Below are positions 54,994 through 64,000 of a DNA stretch of 64,000 nt, in pieces (the stretch's first letter is position 1; each line of letters starts with the position of its first letter). Under the pieces are notes generated by a model. That model saw only the letters and a program-made list of their open reading frames with translations, did no database searches and was not told the DNA's origin. Made by a program: the position numbers and the translations under genes. The DNA is from Anaerolineales bacterium (GTDB lineage Bacteria; Chloroflexota; Anaerolineae; Anaerolineales; UBA11858), in contig JANTFT010000005.1 in assembly GCA_024763275.1 (NCBI GenBank), positions 8,758 through 72,757 on the forward strand. The letters run 5' to 3'.

Positions 54994-57426
54994 TTACTGG
55001 ACCCGGGAATAGATTCTGCGGTAGATTGCGTAGATCTCCGAGATGTTCTTAATGTAGGATTTGGTCTCGGAAATGGTGATGATTTCCACGAATAAGTCTG
55101 GATCACCGCCTGATTTCTCCAACCAACCAGCCGCGTTCCCGGGCCCAGCATTATATCCGGCCAGAGCGGCGTACATATCACCTTCGAAATAGGACCGCAG
55201 GAAATTCAAATAGGCTGTGCCCAGTTTTATGCTGACGATGGGACGGTATAGGTCATCGTCACTGTAATCTGGCGGCCAGCCTTCTTTGTCCGCTCGTTCC
55301 GCGCCGGTGCTGGGGATGATCTGCATCAGGCCCCGGGCGCCGGCAGTTGACTTGACAAATCCCTCAAAGAGAGATTCCTGCCTGATCACACTGAACAGCA
55401 TCAGGGGATGGAAATCATATTCCTGGGCGGCCGAGAGCACCAGTTCGCTGTAGTAGGTGCCGAAGCGGATGTGGTTGAAATATGCCGGGGCATTCATGGT
55501 GCCAGCGTCATCCAGTCCGGCCGCGTTCAAGACGTCGCGAGCAGCGAAGATTGCCGGGCGGTAGAGACCCAGCTCCAGCAGATAATTGGCCAGTCGATAG
55601 CTGCTGATGGGATCAAAGCTGACCTCGTTGCGAAGGATCTCGAATTCCTGGCGGGCTTCTGTATAGAGGCCCAGCTCCCAGAGCTCTGTGCCCCTGATGA
55701 CCCGGGGATCATCTGCCAGTAATCCCAGGCTATCCAGATTGGTATCCTCCGGGATGGAAAAATTGCTCCGGATCCATTCCTGGGCTTCCTGTTTTTCAGT
55801 ATGTACATCGTAGCCAAAGTCAAAATCCAGGGGCGGGGCGAAGGGTTCCCGGTTCTGGAGCAAATCCCGGGCCCGCTCACTGTAGTAGCCGGTAGGGTCG
55901 GCATTGGCCGCTTCCTGCCAGGCAGCTGCAGCTGCTTCCTGGTTGCCCAGGCGCTGGTGGACTTTACCGATCCAGAACAGGGCCTGGGAAAGCTCCTCAA
56001 AGTCGGCTGAGGCATCCCGGTATGTGGCAAACCTCTCCAGGGCAAGATTGTAATTTGCCAGGCGGACCTCGCAGATACCGCTCTTGAAGAGCCCGAGCCT
56101 CCCGTACGCGGAAGTGGGGTATTCATCGAAGACCCTCTTCCAGATAGCGGCGGCTGTTTCCAGATCACCGGTCAATTCCTCAACCCTGCCGGCATCGTAA
56201 AGGAATTCCGCTGCCCGGGGGTGGTAGGGATTACGGCTGACGAAATCCTGCAGCACCAGGCTGGCTTCCGAATAGCGTCCCAGATAGAACCATAATGAAT
56301 AGGCCTTGAACTCCCAGGCTCCGACCCAGTAGGCGTGATCTGGGTATTTGCTGATCAGTTCATCCCAGGCTGCCAGCGCCTGTTCGTGGAGCCCCATGGC
56401 TCGCAGGCTGAACCCTTTGAAATACAGGGCAGTGCCGCGGTCAGCTGCTTCAGGATCTGCCAGATAGCGGTCAAATGCTTCAACAGCGTAGCTGTACTGC
56501 CTGGCGTAATAATCAACCAGCCCGCGGTCCAGGTCGTTGATTGAAAAACCATTGTTAACTATTTCAACGAGTGCCAGGTAGGAATCGTAACTGAGCGGGA
56601 ACTGCAGTACCGCATCGCGGAAGGCCGCTTCTGCCAAGTCAGTTTGTCCCAGCTCCAGGTATGCTTTGCCAAGCAGATAATCTGCCCGGGCTTTGTCATA
56701 ATCATTCGTGGAATGCAGATAAACGTCGTTATAGGTTACGACAGCGGTGTTGAAATCCTCCTGGGAGGCGTACTCCTCACCTATTTTCAGCTGCAGGGTA
56801 TACAAGTCCGGACCGCTCCCCGCGGCTATGGCTGCCCGGTAAGCCTCAATGGCTTTGAGGGATTCGCCGGCTGCTGAAAGAGCATCTCCCCGGCGGTGGT
56901 GGATAAAAGCGTCCAGCACCCCAGGCCGTCGCCCTAGGTACAGGTTGTAGGCATCAGCGGCTTCCAGGTACCTGTCCAGGGCTGTGTAGGTTTCCGCCAG
57001 GGCGAAATAGGCTTTATGCACCAGGGGAGCGTCCGGGTAGCTGGCAACCAGCAATCTCAGATAGTCCAGGGATTTCTGGTAATCCCCTTTCTGAAAGTAG
57101 ACTTTTCCCAGGCCCAGCAGGGCAGCACTGCCTTCCTCAGGAGTTTGAGCGGCAGCCAGGGTCTCTTCATAGCTGTCGATAGCCCGCTCCCAGTCTCCAT
57201 AAAAATAATACACATCCCCGGCAAGGGAACTCTGCAGCGGCGGTAGTATTGGCGTGGCGGTAGGAACAGGGGTGCTCACCGGCGGGGCCTCAGTTTGGAG
57301 GACCCGGGGTGTTCCTGCAGATCCCTCCTGGGCAATCTGCCTGGAGGATAGCAGATACAGGCCGCCAATGATCAGCGTGCTGAACAGGATGATGACAGTA
57401 GAGAGCTGGTAGAACCTCTTTTTCAT
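54994..57426 (-). CDS. TPR-repeat protein with C-terminal lytic transglycosylase (SLT) domain
   Basis: N-terminal TM, ~550 aa of TPR-like repeats, and the SLT motif VIRQESLFEGFVKSTAGARGLMQIIPSTG...AGYNAGPGN. Confidence 0.8.
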   Translation of the reverse strand: MKKRFYQLSTVIILFSTLIIGGLYLLSSRQIAQEGSAGTPRVLQTEAPPVSTPVPTATPILPPLQSSLAGDVYYFYGDWERAIDSYEETLAAAQTPEEGSAALLGLGKVYFQKGDYQKSLDYLRLLVASYPDAPLVHKAYFALAETYTALDRYLEAADAYNLYLGRRPGVLDAFIHHRRGDALSAAGESLKAIEAYRAAIAAGSGPDLYTLQLKIGEEYASQEDFNTAVVTYNDVYLHSTNDYDKARADYLLGKAYLELGQTDLAEAAFRDAVLQFPLSYDSYLALVEIVNNGFSINDLDRGLVDYYARQYSYAVEAFDRYLADPEAADRGTALYFKGFSLRAMGLHEQALAAWDELISKYPDHAYWVGAWEFKAYSLWFYLGRYSEASLVLQDFVSRNPYHPRAAEFLYDAGRVEELTGDLETAAAIWKRVFDEYPTSAYGRLGLFKSGICEVRLANYNLALERFATYRDASADFEELSQALFWIGKVHQRLGNQEAAAAAWQEAANADPTGYYSERARDLLQNREPFAPPLDFDFGYDVHTEKQEAQEWIRSNFSIPEDTNLDSLGLLADDPRVIRGTELWELGLYTEARQEFEILRNEVSFDPISSYRLANYLLELGLYRPAIFAARDVLNAAGLDDAGTMNAPAYFNHIRFGTYYSELVLSAAQEYDFHPLMLFSVIRQESLFEGFVKSTAGARGLMQIIPSTGAERADKEGWPPDYSDDDLYRPIVSIKLGTAYLNFLRSYFEGDMYAALAGYNAGPGNAAGWLEKSGGDPDLFVEIITISETKSYIKNISEIYAIYRRIYSRVQ

Positions 57427-57467
57427 GGGTGTGTTCCGTTCCAGGGGAGCTCTGGCTGGTCAGGCTG

Positions 57468-58424
57468 CTATATAGTCCATTCCCCGTGAATCAGGGCGGT
57501 CAGGTACCATACTCCATCCTGATTGACGAATACCAGGCGCAGGCTGCGCCAATCCATTCCGCCGTACTGTGGGTCGATTTCCGGGAAATAGTATTCCACC
57601 ATGATACCATCAGGGTAGATTTCCAGGATGTTGTTCGGGGCGTTTCCGGAGCTGACTTCCTGGTTAAATCCAACCACATCCGGCTGGAAATAATCCTGGT
57701 CGTAGACAAACCGGTCATGATATTCCGCGAATGTTAATTGGATCGGTTCACCAGATCCGTCGAAATTTCCCCAGTTATACAGGGTATTTGAATCCAGCAA
57801 ACCAGCAAGTTCTCCCGGACAGAAAATCAGATCGGTGTCCCGCAGGTAGGGGTAGGGCGCGAAGCGCAGGCATAATTGGGGATGAACGATTTCCTCCAAC
57901 CGGCTGTAGTTCCTTGATCGCAGGGCAGCAGTGACATACTGCCCCAGCGCGACCAGCTCATCGGGCAGATCTCCCTGCTGGAGGGCCAAATGGGAGCTGT
58001 CTGCCCATCCTGACCTGCCCTGATAAGTGACCAACATCCATCCCTCAGGTTCTTCCCCGTCCCCAGCCGGCTGAGGATGGAGGGAACTTCCTGTAGGTGG
58101 TACGCGGCAGAGGATCTCCGCGTCGAGAGAGGGTTCCCGGAAGAGCGGCAGGGTCTGGTTTGCTGGAACGCCGACTACCGTAAGCACCTCGTCTGTCCCT
58201 GGGATGGGAGAGGAATCATCCTCGGTTGTAGTGGAGGACCGGTTGGCGGCTGGCAGGGGAGTAACCGCTGGCTGGCCAGGGCTGCTTTGCGAGGGTTGGG
58301 TTGGTTTGGTAGGCGCGGCCTGGCAGCTGGCCAGGCCAAAGAGCAAACCCAACAGCAGGAGGATTTCGAGAATCCCCACCCGGATATTGGAGGAATCATT
58401 TATCAAGTTTTTCATAATATTCAC
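57468..58424 (-). CDS. hypothetical lipoprotein with SH3b-like segment
   Basis: Lipobox LFGLASC, a Pro/Ser/Thr linker, then an SH3b-like stretch (TLPLFREPSLDAEILCRV...GWMLVTYQGRSGWADSSHL). The C-terminal ~170 aa are unassigned. Confidence 0.45.
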   Translation of the reverse strand: MNIMKNLINDSSNIRVGILEILLLLGLLFGLASCQAAPTKPTQPSQSSPGQPAVTPLPAANRSSTTTEDDSSPIPGTDEVLTVVGVPANQTLPLFREPSLDAEILCRVPPTGSSLHPQPAGDGEEPEGWMLVTYQGRSGWADSSHLALQQGDLPDELVALGQYVTAALRSRNYSRLEEIVHPQLCLRFAPYPYLRDTDLIFCPGELAGLLDSNTLYNWGNFDGSGEPIQLTFAEYHDRFVYDQDYFQPDVVGFNQEVSSGNAPNNILEIYPDGIMVEYYFPEIDPQYGGMDWRSLRLVFVNQDGVWYLTALIHGEWTI

Positions 58425-59061
58425 AAATATCCCGCAGGGGGCATTGTTGGCAGAGAGGTTGGCGGGCTTTGCAGATTTCTCTTCCCAGACGTATCAGGTT
58501 TAGATGCACCGGATAATATGTTTCCGGGGGAAATTGCTCGGCCAGGTATTGATGGGCTCTGGCAGCTGTCATCCGGGGAGGGCGTATTCCCAGCCTGCCG
58601 GTGACGCGGTAGATGTGGGTGTCTACTGGAAAGGCAGGCATGTTCAGGGAAAAGAGCAGAACGATGGCTGCTGTTTTAGGACCTACGCCTTTGAGGCTAA
58701 CCAGCCAGTCTGATGCTTCCTGAATGGAGAGAGAGGACAGAAAATCAAGCTCGATTTTCCCTCTTTCCTCACTGATAACCCTGAGGGCATTTTGAATGGC
58801 AGGGCCCTTCTGGTTTGCCAATCCGGCGATGCGGACAGCTTCGATGACCTGCTCTGGAGGCGCCTCGCGGACCTCTTCCCAGGTAGGGAATCTAGCCCTC
58901 AGACTTTCATAGGCCGCGTCCCGGTTGTTATCGTTGGTGTTTTGAGAAAGGATGGTGGATACCAGTACATCTACTGGCGGATGGTGAGGCTGCCAGGCAG
59001 GCTGGCCAAATTCCTTCACCAGCTGCTGGTGAATTTCTTTTGCGAAGCGTTTTTTGTTCAT
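58396..59061 (-). CDS. nth: endonuclease III (DNA glycosylase/AP lyase)
   Basis: VSTILSQNTND, the HhH-GPD motif (LKGVGPKTAAIVLLF...PVDTHIYRV) and the Fe-S loop CKARQPLCQQCPLRDIC. Confidence 0.9.
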   Translation of the reverse strand: MNKKRFAKEIHQQLVKEFGQPAWQPHHPPVDVLVSTILSQNTNDNNRDAAYESLRARFPTWEEVREAPPEQVIEAVRIAGLANQKGPAIQNALRVISEERGKIELDFLSSLSIQEASDWLVSLKGVGPKTAAIVLLFSLNMPAFPVDTHIYRVTGRLGIRPPRMTAARAHQYLAEQFPPETYYPVHLNLIRLGREICKARQPLCQQCPLRDICEYYEKLDK

Positions 59062-59064
59062 AAA

Positions 59065-60174
59065 CTAGCTGTATTGTAATTGAAAACAGGGCTTTCCCTC
59101 ACCTGTAATGATTCCGCACTGGTTCCGGTAGATTTGGTGTGGGCCCAGGTCGGACATCTCATCCAGTTCCCGGGATGACAGGATCCCGAGCTGGAGGAGT
59201 ATTTCCAGTGTGACAGCTCTCCGGGCTCTTTTCCCCTGGTCTCCATCAGCGATTTTGATGGCGATCCCCAGCCCGGGAGAGCCAGGAGAGATTGCTCCAG
59301 GAAGGATCCCCAGCGCTTGAAAGGCTTCTGCGCCAGCCTTGGATATGATTCTGCCGGGGGCAAGCTCCATCAAGCGGGTGTCCAGCCTTCCGGGACCTGC
59401 TACCAGGAAGGGATGTTTTCCCATGGCTGTGGTCAGTGTCCGGCAGGCCTTCGCCCGCTGGGCAGGCAGCTCACCCGGATCCACCAACCGCGCCCAGGCC
59501 CAGGCTGCCCGGTAGAGGGGCACCGCAAAGCTGGGGACCGAGCAGCCGTCCCGGCCTACAGCGATCTGTTCCAGGGAGAGCCCGGTCATTTCCGAGAATA
59601 CCTGCAAGATGCCTTGCTGGACCGGATGGCTCGTTTCAGTGTAACCCTGTTTAGGAGCGCCTAATAAACTTGCCTGGCCAAGCATGCCAGTATGTTTGCC
59701 GGAACAGTTGTGGTGATTCTGGGTGGGGTTCAATCCCTGGTCTCGCAGCTTTTCGCGGCTGGCTTTGTCAAAGGGAGGGTGGGTGCAGCATAATAGATCG
59801 GTTTCCGAGACCCCGATTTTTCTCTGCAGACCGGCGATGACCTGCAGGTGCCGGTCTGTGCCTGAGTGGGAAGCGCAGGTGATTGCCAGCTCCTGCTGGG
59901 TCATGGCGAATCTTTCCACTCCGCCCAGTTCTACCAGAGGAATGGACTGAAAGGGCTTTGCCGAGGAGCGCAGAAATGTAACAGCCCGGGCATATCCTGT
60001 CCAGGCGAATAACTCCCCTGTGGACTTGACAATAGCAGCTGCGCCGAAATGGATCGATTCGACAACCCCTCCCCGCCAGGTCTGGTAGAGAGGCTGGTAG
60101 CCGGGATTGTTCTGAAGATGGGAATCTGCGCTCAACGATTCACCCCTGGATTGTCCGGAATCAGATGTTGTCAT
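59065..60174 (-). CDS. asparaginase, Asparaginase_II (thermolabile AnsA) family
   Basis: RGGVVESIHFGAAAIV, RSSAKPFQ, CASHSGTDRH and NCSGKHTGMLG are family signatures. The start is placed at ATG 60174 and overlaps the upstream gene by 14 nt. The longest ORF starts at 60261. Confidence 0.75.
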   Translation of the reverse strand: MTTSDSGQSRGESLSADSHLQNNPGYQPLYQTWRGGVVESIHFGAAAIVKSTGELFAWTGYARAVTFLRSSAKPFQSIPLVELGGVERFAMTQQELAITCASHSGTDRHLQVIAGLQRKIGVSETDLLCCTHPPFDKASREKLRDQGLNPTQNHHNCSGKHTGMLGQASLLGAPKQGYTETSHPVQQGILQVFSEMTGLSLEQIAVGRDGCSVPSFAVPLYRAAWAWARLVDPGELPAQRAKACRTLTTAMGKHPFLVAGPGRLDTRLMELAPGRIISKAGAEAFQALGILPGAISPGSPGLGIAIKIADGDQGKRARRAVTLEILLQLGILSSRELDEMSDLGPHQIYRNQCGIITGEGKPCFQLQYS

Positions 60175-61012
60175 CAACGTTGGGAAAATAATTGCGTAAG
60201 TAGTACTTGGAAAGGCCTTGCTGCATGCGCTGCAGGAAGAAATCCCGATCTCTCTTTTCAATGCTGAATTCGTCCAGATATTTGTCAGCCAGATCAGCCA
60301 CGTCCTCTACCGGAGTCCGTCTGCTGGCGAGTTTCTCAATCCGTCGGAAAATTTTTCGGAAGGTTTTCTTCAGCTCCCGGACCTGATCAAGGTTTACAGG
60401 TCCCCCCCGGCCGCTGATGATGGTGTAGTCCTTGTATTTCACTCTCAGAAGTACATCAAGGGTATCGATCCAGGTAGGCAGATGGGCATAGTCCAGGATA
60501 GGGGGGCCCTCGACCATGACTGCGTCGCCGATGAAGAGAACTTTTTGGGATGGTAGGATCACCCAGCTGGATCCAGGCCGGGGACCGGGATGGTGCTCCA
60601 CCAGGACGGGTTCATCGGACCAGTGGAACTGGATCTTATTCGTGAAGGTGATATCCGGTATCATCCACTGCAAGCCAGAAGAATCCGGGTAGTGCTCCCA
60701 GCTAGCACCGTTTTCCTGGCCCCGGAACATGCTGGCGGGTTCTTTCAGGGACTTGGCTGCCTCTCTATGGGTCACGATCGGGCAGTCCAGGCTTCTGGCA
60801 CCGATGGTCCGGTCAGGGTGGTCGTCCAGGCAGACGACAATTTTATGGATGGTGCCCTGGCTGCGGTTCAACAGCGTGGTTTTCCAGCGGTGGCCATCCT
60901 CGATCCGCAAGGGTGCATCGATAAAGATCATTCCCTCGGGAAGAAGTACTGCTCCAATGGTAGGTCCCGGATAGCTGTCCTCAATAAATATCCCGGGTTT
61001 AATCTCTTGCAT
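60161..61012 (-). CDS. metallo-beta-lactamase-fold protein with degenerate metal-binding motif
   Basis: The layout is MBL-like (GAVLLPEGMIFIDAP..., KIVVCLDDHPDRTIGA in place of THxHxDHxGG, VEHHPGPRPGSSWVILPSQKVLFIGDAV in place of pGHTpG...lfsGD). The call rests on motif spacing only. Confidence 0.5.
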   Translation of the reverse strand: MQEIKPGIFIEDSYPGPTIGAVLLPEGMIFIDAPLRIEDGHRWKTTLLNRSQGTIHKIVVCLDDHPDRTIGARSLDCPIVTHREAAKSLKEPASMFRGQENGASWEHYPDSSGLQWMIPDITFTNKIQFHWSDEPVLVEHHPGPRPGSSWVILPSQKVLFIGDAVMVEGPPILDYAHLPTWIDTLDVLLRVKYKDYTIISGRGGPVNLDQVRELKKTFRKIFRRIEKLASRRTPVEDVADLADKYLDEFSIEKRDRDFFLQRMQQGLSKYYLRNYFPNVDDNI

Positions 61013-61057
61013 GCATGCTCCTTGATGAAATTGATCCCTTTTTCTATGGAGGGATTT

Positions 61058-63157
61058 TCAGCCTTTCAGAGGAATCGTAAAGGTAAACTTAGCTCCTCCC
61101 CCGGCCAGGTTTTCGACCCAGATCCGGCCCCCATGACCTTCAACAGCCAATCTGCAGAATGCCAGGCCCAAACCCAAACCCTTGATCCTCTCATCGGGAT
61201 GGATGCGGGTGAATTTATCAAATATGCGGTCAATATAGGCCGGATCTACACCTGGACCGGAATCCTGAACCCAGATCTGGATTTCCTGGTCTAAAACCCC
61301 CAGGCCGATCTCGACCTTACCCTGGGAGGGGGTATATTTGATGGCGTTCTGAACCAGATTTATCAGCACCCGCTCGATCATGTTGCGGTCAGCGTTGATG
61401 TGAGGGATATTATCGGGAATGTTTATGGTCACTTCTTGTTTCTTAGCTGTTGCCTGGGTGATCATCTCCTGTCTGGCGTAGTTGATCAGTTCCTCAGGCT
61501 GGAAGGTTTCAAGGTTTGTGATGGACTGGCCGCTTTCCAGGCGGTTGATATCCAGGAGGGATTTGGTCAGCCGCTGAATGCGTATGGTCGAGCGGTTGGC
61601 TATCTCAAAAAGGGATTGAATCTCTGGATCATCTGTACCGGGCAGGGAGGCCTGGATGACATCCAGACTGGAAATGACGTTGGAAAGCGGGGAGCGGAGG
61701 TCATGGAAGATCATCGAGGTCAGATCTTCCCTGAGCTGATCCAGATTCCTGCGCTCCGTAATGTCCCTGAAAATCCATTGCAGGCGGGACTCCCCAGCAA
61801 TCTGGATCTGGTGGACATTGACCTGGATGGGGATTTCTCCTCCCTCGGCTGTGACCAGCGTGGATTCATAGGCGCTGGAGATTTCCTGCTCCAGATCTTT
61901 ATAGGCGGTTCCAATCACATCCCAGTTCACCTGGTGGATGTCGCTAATGGCCATGGATTTGAGCTTGTCCTCAGAATATTTGCTCGTTTGCAGTGTCCGG
62001 TTGTTGGTTTCCAGAATATTGCCTTCCAGGTCGGTGATGATGATGGGGTCTATGCTGTTTTCAAACAGGTCATAATAACGGCTGTGGGTGTTCTGGAGGT
62101 CTTCGTAAAGCTGGGCATTCTGGATAAATGACCCTGCCAGGCTGCCGATCCCGGACAGGACCGGGAGCGCATCAGGCTCGAACTGTCCGGCATAGGGGTT
62201 AATTGCCTCCAGCACACCTAGGACGCGGCCGGGGACAAAGATCGGTGCTGCTACAATGCCGAAGGGAGACATCTCGGGATAGACCTTGTTGGTTTGCAGG
62301 AAGCGGGGATCCTGAGCAGGATTGGAGACTATTTCTCCCTCCCCTTTTTCAGCCACCCAGCCGGCGAATCCATGGCCGATCATGATCTTCTTCCCGACCA
62401 GTTTGGAGTGCAGGTCCATGCTCTCGTGGATGGCTGCTTTATATTCCAGATATCCACCTTCCGTGTCGATCAGGGAGAGGGCGACCGATTCTACCTGAAG
62501 CGCATCTTGGATTTCCTTAAGGATGTTCTGAAGTACGACCTCAAGTTCAAGCGTGGATGACATTGCCAGGGCGGAATTGGCCAGAGCGGTCATCACCCGG
62601 GCCTGGCGCTGGCTTTCCCCGAACAGGCGGGCGTTTAGCGCCGCGACGCCGGCCTGGTCTGCGACGGCATGCACCAGGTTGAGGTGGCTTGTCTGGAGGT
62701 AATTAGGCTGGGGGTGCACGAGGGTGATTACCCCGATCAGATCGTTGCGGACCATGATGGGAACGGCAATCACGGATTTCTGACCGGTTTCCTCGTCATC
62801 CGGCCTGCGCAGCCAGCGCTGGTCAACGCTGGTATCAGGGATCACCACAGAATCACGATGCTTAACCACCCAGCCGGCCAGGCCCTCTTTCAGGGTTGCC
62901 TGAAGCTGTTCGTTAGTGTGGGTGATCAATTGATCCCGGACAATGATGGCTGATTCATAGGGGTTTCCCGATTCATCCAGGATGATTATGCTGCCCCGGA
63001 TCGCCCCGATGGCGTTGCTGGCAAGTGAGAGAACCTTTTTTAGCAGTTCTGCCAGATCAAGGGTCGAGGCTATTTCCCGGCTGATGCGGTACAGTAGCTC
63101 CAGAGAGGCTTTTTGGTTCTCTATTCCCGATGGTGTGTTGTTTATAATCTTTCCCAT
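61058..63157 (-). CDS. cytoplasmic sensor histidine kinase: GAF-GAF-PAS-HisKA-HATPase_c
   Basis: There is no TM segment. Two GAF-like regions are present (LDLAELLKKVLSLA...; LELEVVLQNILKEIQDAL...), then a PAS region (SRYYDLFENSIDPIIITDLEGNILETN). H-box FHDLRSPLSNV, N-box LINLVQNAIKYT, and G-boxes QDSGPGV and GLGLGLAF. Confidence 0.85.
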   Translation of the reverse strand: MGKIINNTPSGIENQKASLELLYRISREIASTLDLAELLKKVLSLASNAIGAIRGSIIILDESGNPYESAIIVRDQLITHTNEQLQATLKEGLAGWVVKHRDSVVIPDTSVDQRWLRRPDDEETGQKSVIAVPIMVRNDLIGVITLVHPQPNYLQTSHLNLVHAVADQAGVAALNARLFGESQRQARVMTALANSALAMSSTLELEVVLQNILKEIQDALQVESVALSLIDTEGGYLEYKAAIHESMDLHSKLVGKKIMIGHGFAGWVAEKGEGEIVSNPAQDPRFLQTNKVYPEMSPFGIVAAPIFVPGRVLGVLEAINPYAGQFEPDALPVLSGIGSLAGSFIQNAQLYEDLQNTHSRYYDLFENSIDPIIITDLEGNILETNNRTLQTSKYSEDKLKSMAISDIHQVNWDVIGTAYKDLEQEISSAYESTLVTAEGGEIPIQVNVHQIQIAGESRLQWIFRDITERRNLDQLREDLTSMIFHDLRSPLSNVISSLDVIQASLPGTDDPEIQSLFEIANRSTIRIQRLTKSLLDINRLESGQSITNLETFQPEELINYARQEMITQATAKKQEVTINIPDNIPHINADRNMIERVLINLVQNAIKYTPSQGKVEIGLGVLDQEIQIWVQDSGPGVDPAYIDRIFDKFTRIHPDERIKGLGLGLAFCRLAVEGHGGRIWVENLAGGGAKFTFTIPLKG

Positions 63158-63471
63158 TGCAGGGTGCCGCCTCTTTTATTTTATCCCAAATCCGATATTT
63201 TCGCCCTGAACGGCCCCTATCAGGCGTCCGCAGCTGGTTTTCTTGTGCAGTAATCTGCTGCCCGGACCAACTATAACCATATTAACCAGGATTTCTGGAT
63301 TGCCGGGAGGGCAAGCGTCTCTCAGTTTTGTTTGGTTCAACCTGACTAACAGTGTCTTTCAATAGGCCCGGGGCAGGTCAGAAACTTTCCCTGAGTATAG
63401 CATACAGGCCTGGGCTGGGAGGGAAATCTTCCCGGAGTACGGACCAGCAATTCCCGTGGTGAGATCGAGGT

Positions 63472-64000
63472 TCAAGCAGTGAGGGTTGGCAGCTGCAGGA
63501 GCAGGTCTTCCAGGGTGAGCTTCAGGTTGGCATTCTCGCCCAGCAGCTGATGGGCTCGCCGGAAAAGGTCTACCGCCGAGCGGGCAGTCCTGAAGTCTAC
63601 CTTTTCCAGGATCAGCTCTATTTCATCTCCGCGGTCGATATTTTGGAGGGGCACAGCGGATTTCCCGCTCTGTATGAGAATGTCATGCCAGAGAGTTACC
63701 CAGACATCCAGCAGGTCCTCGATTTTTCCGGGGTCTTTGCTTGTGCGGTCAGCATAAGCAAAACGCTCAACTGAATTTGCCCTGAGAATCTCCATATGTT
63801 CGTCAAGGAGGTTCTTTCTGCGTTCCAGCAGGGCAGGATCCCGATGGTAGGCCAGAGCCAGGACTGGTTTTCCTCCGGAGATATGGGCCAGCAGGCGGGC
63901 CTGTTCTGCTGGGATGCCGTGGAGCTCTTCCAATCCCCGGCTGGTCTGCTCCAGTGGGACCGGGTTGAGTTTGATCACCTCACAGCGAGAGGTGATGGTT
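63472..64000 (-). CDS. holB: DNA polymerase III delta-prime subunit, C-terminal part (5' end outside the window)
   Basis: The frame stays open to the window edge. It reads TITSRCEVIKLNPVPLEQ... (the AAA+ sensor SRC motif) followed by the helical lid and C-domain (AEQARLLAHISGGKPVLAL...). Confidence 0.75.
   Translation of the reverse strand, partial: TITSRCEVIKLNPVPLEQTSRGLEELHGIPAEQARLLAHISGGKPVLALAYHRDPALLERRKNLLDEHMEILRANSVERFAYADRTSKDPGKIEDLLDVWVTLWHDILIQSGKSAVPLQNIDRGDEIELILEKVDFRTARSAVDLFRRAHQLLGENANLKLTLEDLLLQLPTLTA

Overview
All calls below come from reading the translations and the DNA by eye. No database search or folding program was run.

The window is gene-dense and mostly housekeeping: about 57 protein-coding genes, 2 tRNAs (Gln-UUG, and Arg with an unusual GCG anticodon) and one decayed gene. 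The protein repertoire and style suggest a Chloroflexota/Anaerolineae-like chromosome, but this is inference only. The supporting traits are Pro/Thr-rich linkers, many lipoproteins with SH3b, NBR1-Ig or DUF4352 domains, and Tat plus polyferredoxin proteins.

Recognisable content, left to right:
- LarA-like fragment, mobA
- a PP2C/FHA module
- maf, class B PBP, rsgA
- a peptide ABC locus (orphan binding protein plus oppDFABC)
- glmU, cdd, murJ
- adenosine kinase and ahcY
- DUF362 plus membrane polyferredoxin
- ppk1 and ppx
- GntR, SPFH and a small beta-rich protein
- ybaK, recA (with a LexA-box-like palindrome)
- M23 peptidase, PD40 propeller protein, rsmB/F-type methyltransferase
- two degV paralogs, htrA, TPR-SLT transglycosylase
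- nth, asparaginase II
- a cytoplasmic GAF-GAF-PAS histidine kinase
- the 3' part of holB

I saw no transposase, integrase, reverse transcriptase, CRISPR array, rRNA or recognisable defence gene. I cannot point to a clear-cut new system.

The best candidates for a second look are:
1. the kinase-less module of a vWA-like/FHA transmembrane protein, PP2C and a pseudo-PP2C membrane protein (2788-7912);
2. the Tat-exported DUF362 protein with a NapH-like polyferredoxin (33301-35965);
3. a palindrome-controlled GntR-SPFH-beta-barrel operon (41272-43202);
4. a REC/Roadblock-like/Lys-rich orphan response regulator (22646-23743);
5. the long AT-rich spacer before htrA, which holds an orphan terminator and a possible sRNA (53385-53827);
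6. tRNA-Arg(GCG).
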